DNA from: a virus | Lineage: Duplodnaviria > Caudoviricetes | Virus record (IMG/VR): IMGVR_UViG_3300031841_003747 | Location: 1 to 56,033 of that record | DNA: 56,033 nt | Reading direction: 5' to 3' (one strand) | In this document: piece by piece, positions 9,070 through 20,700 of the stretch | How the letters are laid out: the number at the start of each line of letters is the position of its first letter | Numbering within the stretch: the first letter of the stretch is position 1 | Notes under the pieces: generated by a model | Seen by the model: only the letters and a program-made list of their open reading frames with translations | Databases searched by the model: none | What the model was told of the DNA's origin: nothing | Program-made: the position numbers and the translations under genes

Positions 9070-10131
9070 ATGAAATTAATTAAGTCAGATAAGACAGGTA
9101 TTTACTCCGTTCAGTACAGAACTGCATCGGGTAAAAGACGAACAACATCACTGCAAACGACTAGCAAGAAAGAGGCTACATCTATTGCAAAGGATATCGA
9201 ACAGGCTGAAGGGTTGGCTAAGAGAAACCTACTGACCAAGGAAATCCTTACCACCATGATTACGGATAGGAATATATCTTTCCAGGACTGCGTGAACGAG
9301 TGGTATAACTATTCCAAGGTCAGATCAAAGTCTGGCAATACGATCTATACTCAGTCCACATTGCTCAGTAATTTTAAAACCTCTGCAAAGATCAGTAAGC
9401 TGAGCGAGCTTGAGTCTAAGATGATATCGGACTGGGTGAACGAGAAGGGCAATATGAATGCCAACTCACGCAATCAAAGGCTTGCCGCTATTCGTTCGTT
9501 CTGTGGATATGCTGTAGCAAATTGCTACATGACCAAAGACCCATCGTATGGAATCAAGGTAGACTTATCCAAGCTAGATCATCAGCAAAAGGAAAAGAAC
9601 ATTAGGGTTCCGTTCACCAAGGAAGAGTATGATGCTATGCTCGCCTACGACCCACCCTACTTTATGAAGCAAGCGATCGTGCTTGGTTGGTGGACTGGAC
9701 TAAGGATCATAGATATCTCCAAGCTTGAGTGGGCAAGTATATCAGACACCCATCTAACAGTTTGGACAGAGAAGCAAGACAAGCGAGTTAATCTACCACT
9801 AGACAATCCACTAATCGGAGGCGGTAAGATCAGGGATGTACTTAGCGAAGTGCCTTACGAGGATAAGAAGTATTGCTTCCCTGAGTGGGCTGAGCTTGCC
9901 GATGATCCCAAGAGACGATCAAGATTTAGTGTATACTTTAAGAGATTTCTAGGGCATGTATCAGAGTTCGGTGATTGCGTAATAGAAGGGAAGAGCTTCC
10001 ATTGCTTCCGACACTCTTTTGTTACTCGTATAAAAACTGAGAGCTATGATTCGTCACTTGAAAAGATTGCGGAATGGGTGGGTCATTCTCGAACAGAGAC
10101 CACGAAGGGTTATTTGCACGATGCTTCCTAA
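9070..10131 (+). CDS. Tyrosine recombinase (recombinase A)
   Basis: TGLRIID (R), FHCFRH (HxxR), VGHS, TKGY (Y); arm-binding-like N-terminus and SAM-like region. Confidence 0.93.
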   Translation: MKLIKSDKTGIYSVQYRTASGKRRTTSLQTTSKKEATSIAKDIEQAEGLAKRNLLTKEILTTMITDRNISFQDCVNEWYNYSKVRSKSGNTIYTQSTLLSNFKTSAKISKLSELESKMISDWVNEKGNMNANSRNQRLAAIRSFCGYAVANCYMTKDPSYGIKVDLSKLDHQQKEKNIRVPFTKEEYDAMLAYDPPYFMKQAIVLGWWTGLRIIDISKLEWASISDTHLTVWTEKQDKRVNLPLDNPLIGGGKIRDVLSEVPYEDKKYCFPEWAELADDPKRRSRFSVYFKRFLGHVSEFGDCVIEGKSFHCFRHSFVTRIKTESYDSSLEKIAEWVGHSRTETTKGYLHDAS

Positions 10132-10273
10132 ACTCTTTGGATCCGAATATAAAATCGCCATCAAGACTATGGAGTGGAATGCCACGCCTTTCAAAAAATT
10201 CACGATGCGCTTTATCGACCTCACGCTTAAATCTCTCCGAGTAGATCGTATACTCTTCAGTCTTCTTCCCCAT
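10022..10273 (-). CDS. Hypothetical protein, last gene of the leftward arm
   Basis: ATG at 10273 (MGKKTEEY); 3' end overlaps the convergent recombinase by 110 nt. Confidence 0.5.
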   Translation of the reverse strand: MGKKTEEYTIYSERFKREVDKAHREFFERRGIPLHSLDGDFIFGSKEFRKHRANNPSWSLFENDPPIPQSFQVTNHSSQFLYE

Positions 10274-10466
10274 CGAGATCAATCTCTGAAATAAATTCAA
10301 CCTCGTCCTCCTCTTCTTCGTATAATTCATCTATAGCTTCTGATACGCAGTTCAGGATTTCGTTACTCTCTAGGTCGGACTCAGCTTCCCACCTCTTTAA
10401 AAAAGATATGAACTCATTGGTGCATTTCTTCTTAGCATCATCGTCCTGTTTATCGAACACGCTCAT
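10257..10466 (-). CDS. Small, highly acidic hypothetical protein
   Basis: ATGA overlap with the HNH gene; E/D-rich C-terminus. Confidence 0.7.
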   Translation of the reverse strand: MSVFDKQDDDAKKKCTNEFISFLKRWEAESDLESNEILNCVSEAIDELYEEEEDEVEFISEIDLDGEED

Positions 10467-10693
10467 TTTCTGCTACGATTTCGACTCTTACTTACGCATG
10501 ATAAGTTAGAACGCTTGTTATTACGAGGGTTGCCATCTTTATGATGCACATCCTTGCCCTTGCACCCCTTTAGCTTTCTGCGTGCCTTATTCCGAGATGA
10601 TCTATTTTTCCTTTGCTCGGGTTTACCCTGGTATTTTCTCTGCCTTTTACTCCTTGGTTTGGCGTTAGGGTCTCTGTATCCGGGTTTAGGCAT
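10463..10693 (-). CDS. Small HNH endonuclease-domain protein
   Basis: DVHHKDGNPRNNKRSNL-S-NR with a basic N-terminus. Confidence 0.8.
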   Translation of the reverse strand: MPKPGYRDPNAKPRSKRQRKYQGKPEQRKNRSSRNKARRKLKGCKGKDVHHKDGNPRNNKRSNLSCVSKSRNRSRK

Positions 10694-10811
10694 GGCACAA
10701 CTGCTTTGTTATTATTTGATCGAGAATACTTACTAGGTCTACTTCAGCCTTATCAGAAAAAATAACTAAATGTAGGCCGATATCATGATTCACGATTATA
10801 TGTTGGTGCAT
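10686..10811 (-). CDS. 41-aa ORF absent from the ORF track (MHQHIIVNHDIGLHLVIFSDKAEVDLVSILDQIITKQLCHA)
   Basis: ATG lies 3 nt after the 24-bp motif; stop overlaps the HNH start. Confidence 0.4.
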   Translation of the reverse strand: MHQHIIVNHDIGLHLVIFSDKAEVDLVSILDQIITKQLCHA

Positions 10812-10814
10812 ACT

Positions 10815-10838
10815 TGTAACTTACCTTTTCGTGTTACA
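10815..10838 (-). promoter_or_regulatory. 24-bp motif
   Basis: Minus strand: TTGCCA-tgg-TGTAACACGAAAAGGTAAGTTACA-agt-ATG. Confidence 0.65.
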
Positions 10839-10848
10839 CCATGGCAAA

Positions 10849-11757
10849 CTATTTTGCACGAATTGCCTCAATAATAGGCTCACACACATCAATTTTATCC
10901 TTACTGGTTTTACGCATACTCATCCTAAGCCACACAGCACCAGTAGGTTTGGGTGGTCCTCCCCTCTCAATATGCCATCCACCATAGCCATCAACATATT
11001 CTTCTTTGTAGGACGGAACCTTCAAGTGTAGTTGTTCATCATGGTATACCTTCCCTTTATTAGTTAATCTAATACGAGGGATAGGGAACTGCCATTCATT
11101 GTGAGTATGACCAGTAGCTACAATGTGAGCATCGGGTAGATAAACCGCTTGCCTACTTGTTTGGATAGTTCCCTTAGTCACGGGAGCGTCCCCTCCGTAT
11201 CCATGGTGGTACCACAAATTAACCGACCTTGCTTCTCCAAATAGTAGTAATTGAAACTTTACCCAACCACTAAAACCACCTACATGAATCTTTGTGTTAT
11301 GCCTATCGTTAAGCATACTAACTAATCGCTCAGTTAAGTTTGTCTCGTGCCTCTTAGATATATTTGTTTCATGATTGCCTGGTGCCATGATTGCAAACTG
11401 TTCGGCGTAAGGTCCATAGAAGTCTGCCGCAGTCTTTACTAATGAGTCAAGGTAGTCTCCCTTCTGATGCTCTGGCTTTACATCTCGCTTATCTGATCTT
11501 GGATCATACTTGCCTTGCATAGCACAGAATAGATCACCTCCATCTATTATTATAGCGTTTCTTTCCTTTGCCTGTCGAAGATGTCTAAGCTCCATGACAT
11601 TATCAGACTTCGGATTGTCGTGGTGTCTATCAAAACTGAGTAGTACCCAAAAGGAATCTTTTTCTTTTGTAGACTTAAGTTGGTGTTTTATAAAATGTAC
11701 ATTACGACTCTTCTCTATGATTTCTGTCGTACCGGGGGTTAGTCTTTTGATTGGCAT
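10849..11757 (-). CDS. Calcineurin-like metallophosphoesterase
   Basis: DRH, GGDLF, GNHE, HHG and GHTH motifs. Confidence 0.88.
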   Translation of the reverse strand: MPIKRLTPGTTEIIEKSRNVHFIKHQLKSTKEKDSFWVLLSFDRHHDNPKSDNVMELRHLRQAKERNAIIIDGGDLFCAMQGKYDPRSDKRDVKPEHQKGDYLDSLVKTAADFYGPYAEQFAIMAPGNHETNISKRHETNLTERLVSMLNDRHNTKIHVGGFSGWVKFQLLLFGEARSVNLWYHHGYGGDAPVTKGTIQTSRQAVYLPDAHIVATGHTHNEWQFPIPRIRLTNKGKVYHDEQLHLKVPSYKEEYVDGYGGWHIERGGPPKPTGAVWLRMSMRKTSKDKIDVCEPIIEAIRAK

Positions 11758-14700
11758 TATTGCATCATCATTTGTAAAGCGAGTAGTCTCGCGTCCTCCT
11801 GTCTCATCTGTGACCGCATAGAAGGTTTACGATATCCACCGCCAATTAAGTTGAGGTAGTGTTCATGGGAGGCTTCAGCCTGTTGTACGCGCATGCGATC
11901 TTCTTCACTTAATGCACTCAGGATCATTTCCCACTCCCTTTCGGAAAGTTTTGTTTTAGTTACTCCAGTCTTTAGGCTCCTGCGCTTGTAACTTTCTATT
12001 ACGCTACGCTCGGGGTCTTCTCTTCCATCCACTTTAGCGGCTTCCATTGCTTGCTGGTACTGCTCTAAGAACCCTTGACTATCACCCGCATACGCCGCTC
12101 TTGCCATTTGCCTGGTGTTTACACTTACTCCGGTGGGTCTTCCTCCTCCCTTGTATGGAGGTCTAAGCTCTAGTCCCATCATGAATGCTGTCTTCTTGAT
12201 GGTGTTCTTGAGTCCAATGTAATCTGCTACCCTACGCTCCTCGGAGTCGATATCTAATTGTGCAGTAGCTAAGTCCATCATTTGTATGACAGAATTACCA
12301 CCCACTCCGTATGCGATCGGACGACCTACTGTCTCCCAATCCCACTCACCTTGGTGTATCCATGTGCCAAAAGCATCATAAATATTTTTAATCATGGAGA
12401 ACGCAAAGATTCTAGTATCCAAGCTAAGCTCTCGGGACGCACCATACGGGTCACCTTTAGAGAATATACCATTGATTAGCTCAGTACCCATACCAAATGG
12501 TACACCCGCTTTAGCCAGTCGTGAGGTTACTGAGTAGATAGTAAAGTTAGGATCGGATGCGGCAATAGGTATACCTACGATCGGAAGAGCAGCCCATGGT
12601 GTGATTGGTGGCAAGTTATTTGGTTTCTCCAGCATCTCATCATCATACCAATCAATCATCATACCAAAGGATAATGACAATGGCATATACACAGCAGATA
12701 GTAAGCCGATGTATTTAAGTAAAGCTATGTATGTGGTGGTAGGATCATCGGAGTCACGGATCACTGCGGTAAGGTCACGACCCATCTTACCAAGAGGCCA
12801 ACCAAGGAAGGTATTAAAATATCTTAGGTAGTCATTGGAGTACAACCAGGCAGGTTTTGCATTAAACCCATCCCCTGATATCTGATCCATTGCGATCGTG
12901 TTGATCAGTATCGCAGTTCTTTGCTCAATCGGGAAAGCATTTTTGTCTGCCTTCTTACGATCTATGAAATCAAATGCTAAACGGGTAACGGATGGTAAGC
13001 CGTGAGATATCAGAAGTTCATTCATTCTTCTGTACCCGTCTGCTTCACCAATGATCCACTCTCCAGTCTTGTCCCCCATGCCTAGGTCTTCTGCGGTGAA
13101 CTCGCCATCATACTCGGTAATACCTCTACGCTCTATTTCTTCAGTAACTTGCAGTACCAAGTCGTTGTATGAGTGGATAGCACCTACTCCGATCGAGTGG
13201 TTGACCACATTATTTATATAAGGAAAGATGCCTTTGACTGCGGTAAGGAAATCGAATGGGGCACGAGTACCATCTACATTCTTTCTCTTATTAAACATCA
13301 TGGCACGCTTTACCATCCGTAGATACTTCTTGGCATTCGGTCCATCCATGTCACCACCTGACCCCAACTGCCCTGTAACATACTCCTTAAACGAGAGATC
13401 CATTTCATCTAGTCTAAAGTGAGTATTGTTTAAATACTGGGCATAGCGTCCTGTCTTCTCCATCTCCATACCCATAGCCTCAGCGATACCACCGAATGTC
13501 TGGTTTACGAAGTTACCTAACGCAGTAACCGTCCCCTTCCCTGCCATTTTGTTTAACCCACGAAAAGCCATCGGGAACTCAAACAAACCAAGATTCTGCC
13601 AGAAGGAAGACTTCGGATTGTTCAGTACGGATAATGCTTGAACCCCAAGTAACTCAAGTAGAAGGTTCGCATCCTTGTAAGGACCCGCCGCATTGTCCTT
13701 GCCGTAGTATCTAGCAAGGTGTTCCATTGCTTTGTTTAATTCACCAAGTGCTACTGCTTTGGCATACAATTGATTCCATGCTTTCTCGGCATTAGGCTCT
13801 CCCTCCCGTCTTAGTATGCGGTAAGCTTCTTTCTTTTCTTCCCTGGTATAACTTCTTTGCGGGGAATCATGTTTACCATTGGTTGCTTGAGCCATGATCC
13901 TATTGAACTTGCCCCGTGCTTTCTCGAAACTATCCCGCCCCTCAGTAAATGCAGAACCTGCCTTATCCCCATTCCTACCAAATGTTTTAGTAGCTACTTG
14001 TAAAGCCAAGCGGATACTGGAAGTAACCTCATCATACATGGTATAATAGAAGAACTCCTTCGGCAGACGACTCTCCATCATACGAGCATCCAAACTCTGT
14101 GGAGTATTTCTCATGAGGTGCGAGTCCTTCAGTCCTTGGTGTACTCTATCCCGAAGTAAGCGGTCTGCTACTTTCTTTAACTCCATGTACTTACCATCCA
14201 TCTGTCTAAGGAAGTATGCTTTCCATTGCAGTCTGGACTCTAGTGTTTGACTCTCTGATACCCGATCAAAGATTATGTCAGTCATCTTAAAGATATCCCC
14301 ACCACTCTGACGATATGCTTCCCTTACAAATGAATTACCCATGTATGCGTTGTGACCATCGGAGTCTGCGGGTCCACGGAATACAGATTGTCTTACATCT
14401 GAGTGGAGGAATGGTCTCACAAACCTACCAACTATTTTCTCAGGGAAGATCCGCTTATAAATCTTCTCCATAGTCTCTAAGTCTTTTACACTACCCGCTT
14501 CATTTAGTAGCTCACTTGCCGCTTCCCCACGCCAGCCCACTGACTGCATGAGTTCATTGGTATCTATTACCAAACCATCATTGATGGATCGTGGCATGGT
14601 AGCGTATCCGATATCAATCGGGCGACGATAGAAGTCTACCATCTCTCCATCTATATAAGACTGTACCTTAAACTCATCATCCTTGATACGATTACCAAGC

Positions 14701-17700
14701 TCCATGTTTATCTTCTTCTCGAAGTCACGAGCGGCCAATGCCTTGGCAATCATGTTCTTTACTAGCTTCCTAGCATTAGTATCTAGGAGGGTACGATCCG
14801 GTACATTGGCATACTTGCGGAGGTTTGACCATAGCTGTGAAAATGCTTCCTCTTCATTGCCTGCATACTCGGGATGGTTATCAAACCACCACCAAATGTC
14901 CTGGTATAATCCTGAGTAAAACTCTCTACCACCTAGCTTGAGTGCCCCCATTACTTGCTGTGCGGAAGCATTGAATTGTAGTGCTAGGGATTGAGACTTT
15001 GAGGAGTAGTCACGGAACAAAGCTACTGTCTCGGATGACATCTGCGAGAGCTTCATGCCCTCGTATCCGAGCTTGGAAAACCGCTCGGTCAATCCTTGTA
15101 GTCCGCTCAACCAACTAGCTCTTTGTACATGGAAGAACTCATCTGCTATTGGTTCATGTAGTGCCATGAGTGCTTGCTCACGCATGAGGTCAAACCATGG
15201 CTCCTCCCTGTATAACTTCTGCATCTCAGGGTCTCTTGTAAATCGTAGTGTTTCCTTATTGACCTTAACAAAGTTCGCACGATCCACGATCTTACCATTC
15301 CTGTACTGCACCTTAAAGTTCTTACCCCGTACCCACTCACCACTCTTATCATCCCAACGCATGGTCAGTAGCTCAGCACCATCATGTATAGATACTGGCA
15401 TAAGTTCACCAAGAGATGCTCGGAGACGATCACTACGCACCTTCAAGGATAGGTCGATCTTATTATATATCTCCTGTTCCTTCTTTAATTTCTCTAGGTT
15501 CGCACGCTCAATGATCTCTCCTGCTTTCAGTCTAGCAAAGTATCTAAGTGGAGTACCCTCTACTCCGCTCTTAATAATGATCTTATCTAATTGTTTCTGA
15601 TCTGTTGCTTTGGCGATTTGATGTGCCACATCCATCATGGCTTGCTGGCTCTCTCCGATCCTGCCCTTGCTCAATCTAAACAATGCCATCTGACCAGTAC
15701 TCTCCCGTACTGCTCTCATGATTGCTAGTGCTTTGATGGTAGGTATGCCCATTGCCTTGATTGAATCGAGTAGCTCTCCCTTCTTTTGGGTCTCTGCTAC
15801 ACCAGGTAAATCAATCAGTTGCTCCATGACTGACTCTACCTCACGCTTACTAATTTCTTGTATCGTGCGGATATCTGATTGGGTAAGATCAGCGTTGGGT
15901 AAACTCGTCACATATTCCTTTAAGGTATCAAATGATACCGCATTGGCTTTGGATAGTATGGACTCTACTTGCTTCTCTGCGGGCGGAAATCTTCTAGCTA
16001 ATAGATCTTCATAGAGATGTAAGCTATCTGTGATTGCCTTACTTGCTAAGTCCTCCGCTATGACTCGCTCTTGTAGCTCAGTCCTTGCCTTGGCTCTTAC
16101 TGCCTCAAGATTGGCTACTGCCTTTCTTCTTCCCCAATTAAATGCAATACGATTCAGCCCAGCATCATCCAGTCTTACACCATCAGAGGAATCCATGAAT
16201 GGTTTGAGGTCTCTATCTAGTCTCTTCTTGATCGTGGATATGTTTGAAGTACCGGGTGATCCGTAAAGATCCATGAAGTCTTCAAGCTCTATACCTACAT
16301 CCTTGGCTACCTGTTGGTATACCTTTACTAGCTCGGTTACTAGATCATTGAATCCCGCGGCGTTAGCTTCCATCATTACCCGCATATTCTCATCGGGATT
16401 AGCGTTCTCTAGTCCGTCTTGGAATTGTTCTTGGTACTGAGAGTCAAGTGCTGATGCTTGGATATCCCTTGAGTTGAGGTAGTCTGCTTCAGCTTGCAAG
16501 CTCTCCAACTGATTAGCTAAGTCCTCAGTATTCCTTAAATTGAATCTTTCCTTGTACTTGGTTGCCTCGGGGTGGCGGTCGTACCTTACATCCCCTGCCA
16601 AAATCTGTCCAATTATAGCAATCTCACTCTCAAGGTCATTAAGGGATTGGCTCCACCCTTGGTCGATAAATGGATCGAATAAGAATACTTCTCCGTTTTG
16701 TATTATTGCATTACGGGAGGTTAAATCTCTTACCTGTATATTCCCACGAAGATAAGTATTGTATGGTTCTCCTTCAGATATTCCTTGGATTCCTTGGTTA
16801 CGGAATCCCTTCTTGAGCATCTCGGTATTTATAAGACCAAGCGGAGTGCCTGCTTTTGAGTCTGCCTTTAATGCTTTCTGACTGACTACTGGCATAAGCA
16901 TACGCTTGCCTGAGTCACTCGCTTCTCTTTCTACGAACCCATCTAAGTTTAATTTAACTTCGGGGAAAAATTCATTATGCAAGAGCAACCTTTCAAGGTA
17001 CTCAGATAGTTCGGTATCACCTCTGTATGCTTTTACATACTCTTGTCTATTCTCATCGAAGTAAACATCATGCTCTCCACTAAATACTTGCCCCCAATCT
17101 AGCTCTTCATTGATCTCGCTTTCGTCAATAAGTTGGCTATTTCCTCTCGCAAGTTCCTTAACCTTACCCTTTCGCTCGGTGTCAATTTCTGGGGTGGTGG
17201 TGGCTTTCGATTGAATAATTGGACTGCCATCTCCCTGCCCTCCTCTAAGGACATTGATCGCTTGGATGATGTTGTATTCGGTTGTTCCTGGTTTTGATCT
17301 TTTGCTGATGTCATTTAATACCTCTCTTTGAAAATAAGGTCCTTCAGACCTTAAACCTTCTTGAAACTGTGGGTCAAGCGCAGAAGCTTGGATGTCCTTA
17401 AATTCCAATTCTTTTAGTTTTGGATCAAAGTCTACAGTGCTTAAATTAGTTCCTTGCAGTCCTACTTCTTTTAAGTCTATGCCTTCCTCCTTAACATACT
17501 TATCCATACGCTTTTTAATTTTTTCATTAGCGTTGTTTAAGTAGAATTGTAAACTATCTGCACTGTACTCCCCTCCAGTGAAATCTTCTTTTGCTATGGC
17601 ATCCTCAAGGCGTTTCTCTAAATCCCGTATATTCATATCTTCCCCGAATACCGAAACAGGAAAGTCCATTTTAATTATATCACGCTCTTGTTTAAGTCCT

Positions 17701-20700
17701 AGTACAGTGCTGTATTTTTGTTTCTCTCCGTAGTAGAAACGATCCAAGTCTTGAAACTGTGGGTCAAGCGCAGAAGCTTGAATATTCTCCTTGGGGATCC
17801 CCACCCTATTTCCATCCACATCTATTGCATACTCCAATGGCTGGACAGCATTGACGAGTTGGTTCAACTGATCGGTGGCGTAGGATAGTGCGTTGTCGTT
17901 GGTTACAGTGGCAAAGTTTAGTTTAGCAAGTATGCGGTAGATGAAGTCTAGTACTGTGTTTAGTACTCCCTTCCTTCTCATGCTCTTGGGTAGACTTGTC
18001 TTACTCAGGAAGTCTCTAAAGTATGGGTCACTTGCAAATACTGAAAAGAACTCGTCTACTGATGTCAGCCCATAGGATAGCTTAAGATCGCCAGATGCTT
18101 GCTCTCGCAGATAAGGGAGCATGGTTTCTGTCATGTTCGTCCATAGATCACCCGCGAGTTGCTTGTGCTGTAAAATGTTTTCGTCCGCAATAAACTCAGT
18201 ATTACCTTTATAGATTGCTTCCCCGAAGTCTAGGATCGGATTGAGTACCGGGTGTAGTAGCTCATGCACAATCGTACCCGCCAGTATATCATCTGCTTTG
18301 TGTAGTTCGTTATCCTGAAGGAACGCATCAGATATAATAATCTTCTTCTTGGATGGTATATGTACTGCCGCAGTAAGGATTCCATTCACCCGTGCGTATG
18401 GTCGGTAGTCCTCCCACTTAGCAAACTCTATGGTATAGTTATCAAGTAGCTTATTACCATTTAGCATCCGTGCCACATTTCCAATGAATGGTACATTTGT
18501 CCTGGTAATTATCTGATTGATTGCAGTCTGTGCCGTGAATGGTAAACCCTCCATTGGGGCAAACCTCTTGAATGCCGCCTGTGCTTCCTCTACTGAATTA
18601 GGATTCTCTTCAGCTACTGGGTTTTGTTTTGGTGCTAGATATCTGCGTGGGTCACGGCGTGCCTCCTCATATGAGTGGTCGATTGCTTCCTCGCTTGTGG
18701 TAGCGGTCTGCCTGATCTCCCTGCGATTCGTAGTAGGATCAATGATGGTAACAGTACTTGAGTTTGGATTCAACCTGGCATGATCCACATCTGGCTTATC
18801 TGCTTCATACCCTTCCTTGAGTTGTAACCCCTGTGCGTCCGTAGTATCTGCTACCCGTATTCTCCCAGGTGAATCAAATAGATCAAGTAGCTCCTCTTCC
18901 GAGAATGCTCCACCTATATCCATCACGAAGTCCCGCTGACTTGGAGGATCAAATATATCTAGTATCTCTTCAATAGCATCCTGCTTGAAGGTGTCTCGAT
19001 TGACTACGGGGCTTTGACCAAAATCATTTAATCTATTCCAACTATCGGTATTAAGACTACGATCGTAATCCTTGAGTATACCCCTAAGTTTCTCTCTTGC
19101 TAATTGCTTTCGGGACTTAGGCTTCTCTACCTCTTCTTCTTGGACAGGCTCTTGAGGTTTTGGCTCAGGTGCGGGTTGTAGGTCGCCAGACCTTACTGCT
19201 TTCTCACTTCCTCTCTCTTGCCTCTCGTACTCAAAACTTTCTATTGCTTCTGTTAGCTGAGGTCCCCTAGCCTTTATAATCCGCTTTATAAGCCCACGCA
19301 TGGAATTGAGTTTAGCGGGAACATCTATGGGGCGGTCGATAGGATCGAGCATGCCATCCTTTCGGGTGGCGTATGGTTTTATTGCTTTGTCATTTACCAA
19401 CCTTGTATAAAACTCCTGAAGGAAACTATCGAAGGAGCTAGGCATACCAACATATAAAGACAGTAACCCTTCCTTTATTCCTCCAACTGGGCCACCCACC
19501 ATATCCCTGAAGGTATCAAGGAACATTTCACCGAGCTTGGTTTGCTCTAGTAGTCCAAAGAATTGCGGAATGGTTAGGGCATCAAAGTTCTTCTTCGCAC
19601 CCTTGGCTGACCCAGCTCCTTCAGCTAGTGCCTTGCTTTGTTCATTGGTTGCAGTAAATCCATCCTTACCATCCTCTGCGCCATCTACTCCCTGTCTTAC
19701 TGTTCCTGTACGGGCATCAGATATCTTTTTGTTTTTTAACTCGGCACGATCTGCTTCAATAGCTCTCTTCTTTTCCTCTATCTTTTTTTGTATCTCTTTT
19801 CGTAAAGCTATTGTCTGCTCAATCTGTGCTTTAATCCTGGCTCTTACTTGCTCTTTAGTTTCGCCTCCCTCAAGCGCCATACCTTGGTCATCACTTTCCT
19901 CATCCAGCTCCTTGAGCATTGCTTGCAAGTCCTCAAGGCTAGCCGTGGAAGCGTCTAGTTGTGCCTGTAAGTCCTCTAGCTCTCGATCCTTCTCAGCTAC
20001 TTTCGATTGGGTCTCTATATCTGATACTGTTTGAGTCTGCTCATCTTGGGCACGCACTGCCGCCTCTGCGATCTTTGGGTCGGACTCAAATGCTTCAAGG
20101 GAAGTATAAAAAACATCAACATCTCTACCTACGCCTCCGGTATTCCCTGTTGAGTTTACCTTGCCAGTTAATTCCCACCCCTGTTCTTCTTTTAACTTAT
20201 CTAGTCTAATATACCTACTGCTTGCAGAACCTCCTCGGGTTGCATCGTACACTAGCACTATCTTGTTTTTTATGTATGCGGATGTTATGCGGATCTCGTT
20301 ATCTTTCTTAAAGATAAGTAGTGCCTTGGTTCTCGACCTCTGATCAATTCCTACCGACGCAGACTTATTAGATCTATGTAGCTCCCCGTCACTTATCAGG
20401 TCATCGTAATCTACTTGCTCTAAAAATATTTGCCCAGGTGTTTCACCAAAAGAATCAAAGACAGAAGGATTGTATTCTTCCTGTACTGCCCCCTCGGTCT
20501 TGCCTCCTACTTGAACAGTATTGATAACCACATGGTCGGGTAGTTGTATGGTCTGCGGTGTAGCACCCTTATCACTTTTCCTTGGCGGCTTGCTTACTAT
20601 GCCCGCTTGCTTGATTTCCTCAAAGGTGATCTGTATGCCACCAAAATTAAACAACTCACGCTCCGCATCACGCTCCGCAATAAATGTTTCATCTCCGATC

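Noticed and set aside
16429-17780. CRISPR array, or intein/intron boundaries
   Set aside because: Spacers are 390 and 930 bp and in-frame coding; no cas genes and no intein C...HN motifs
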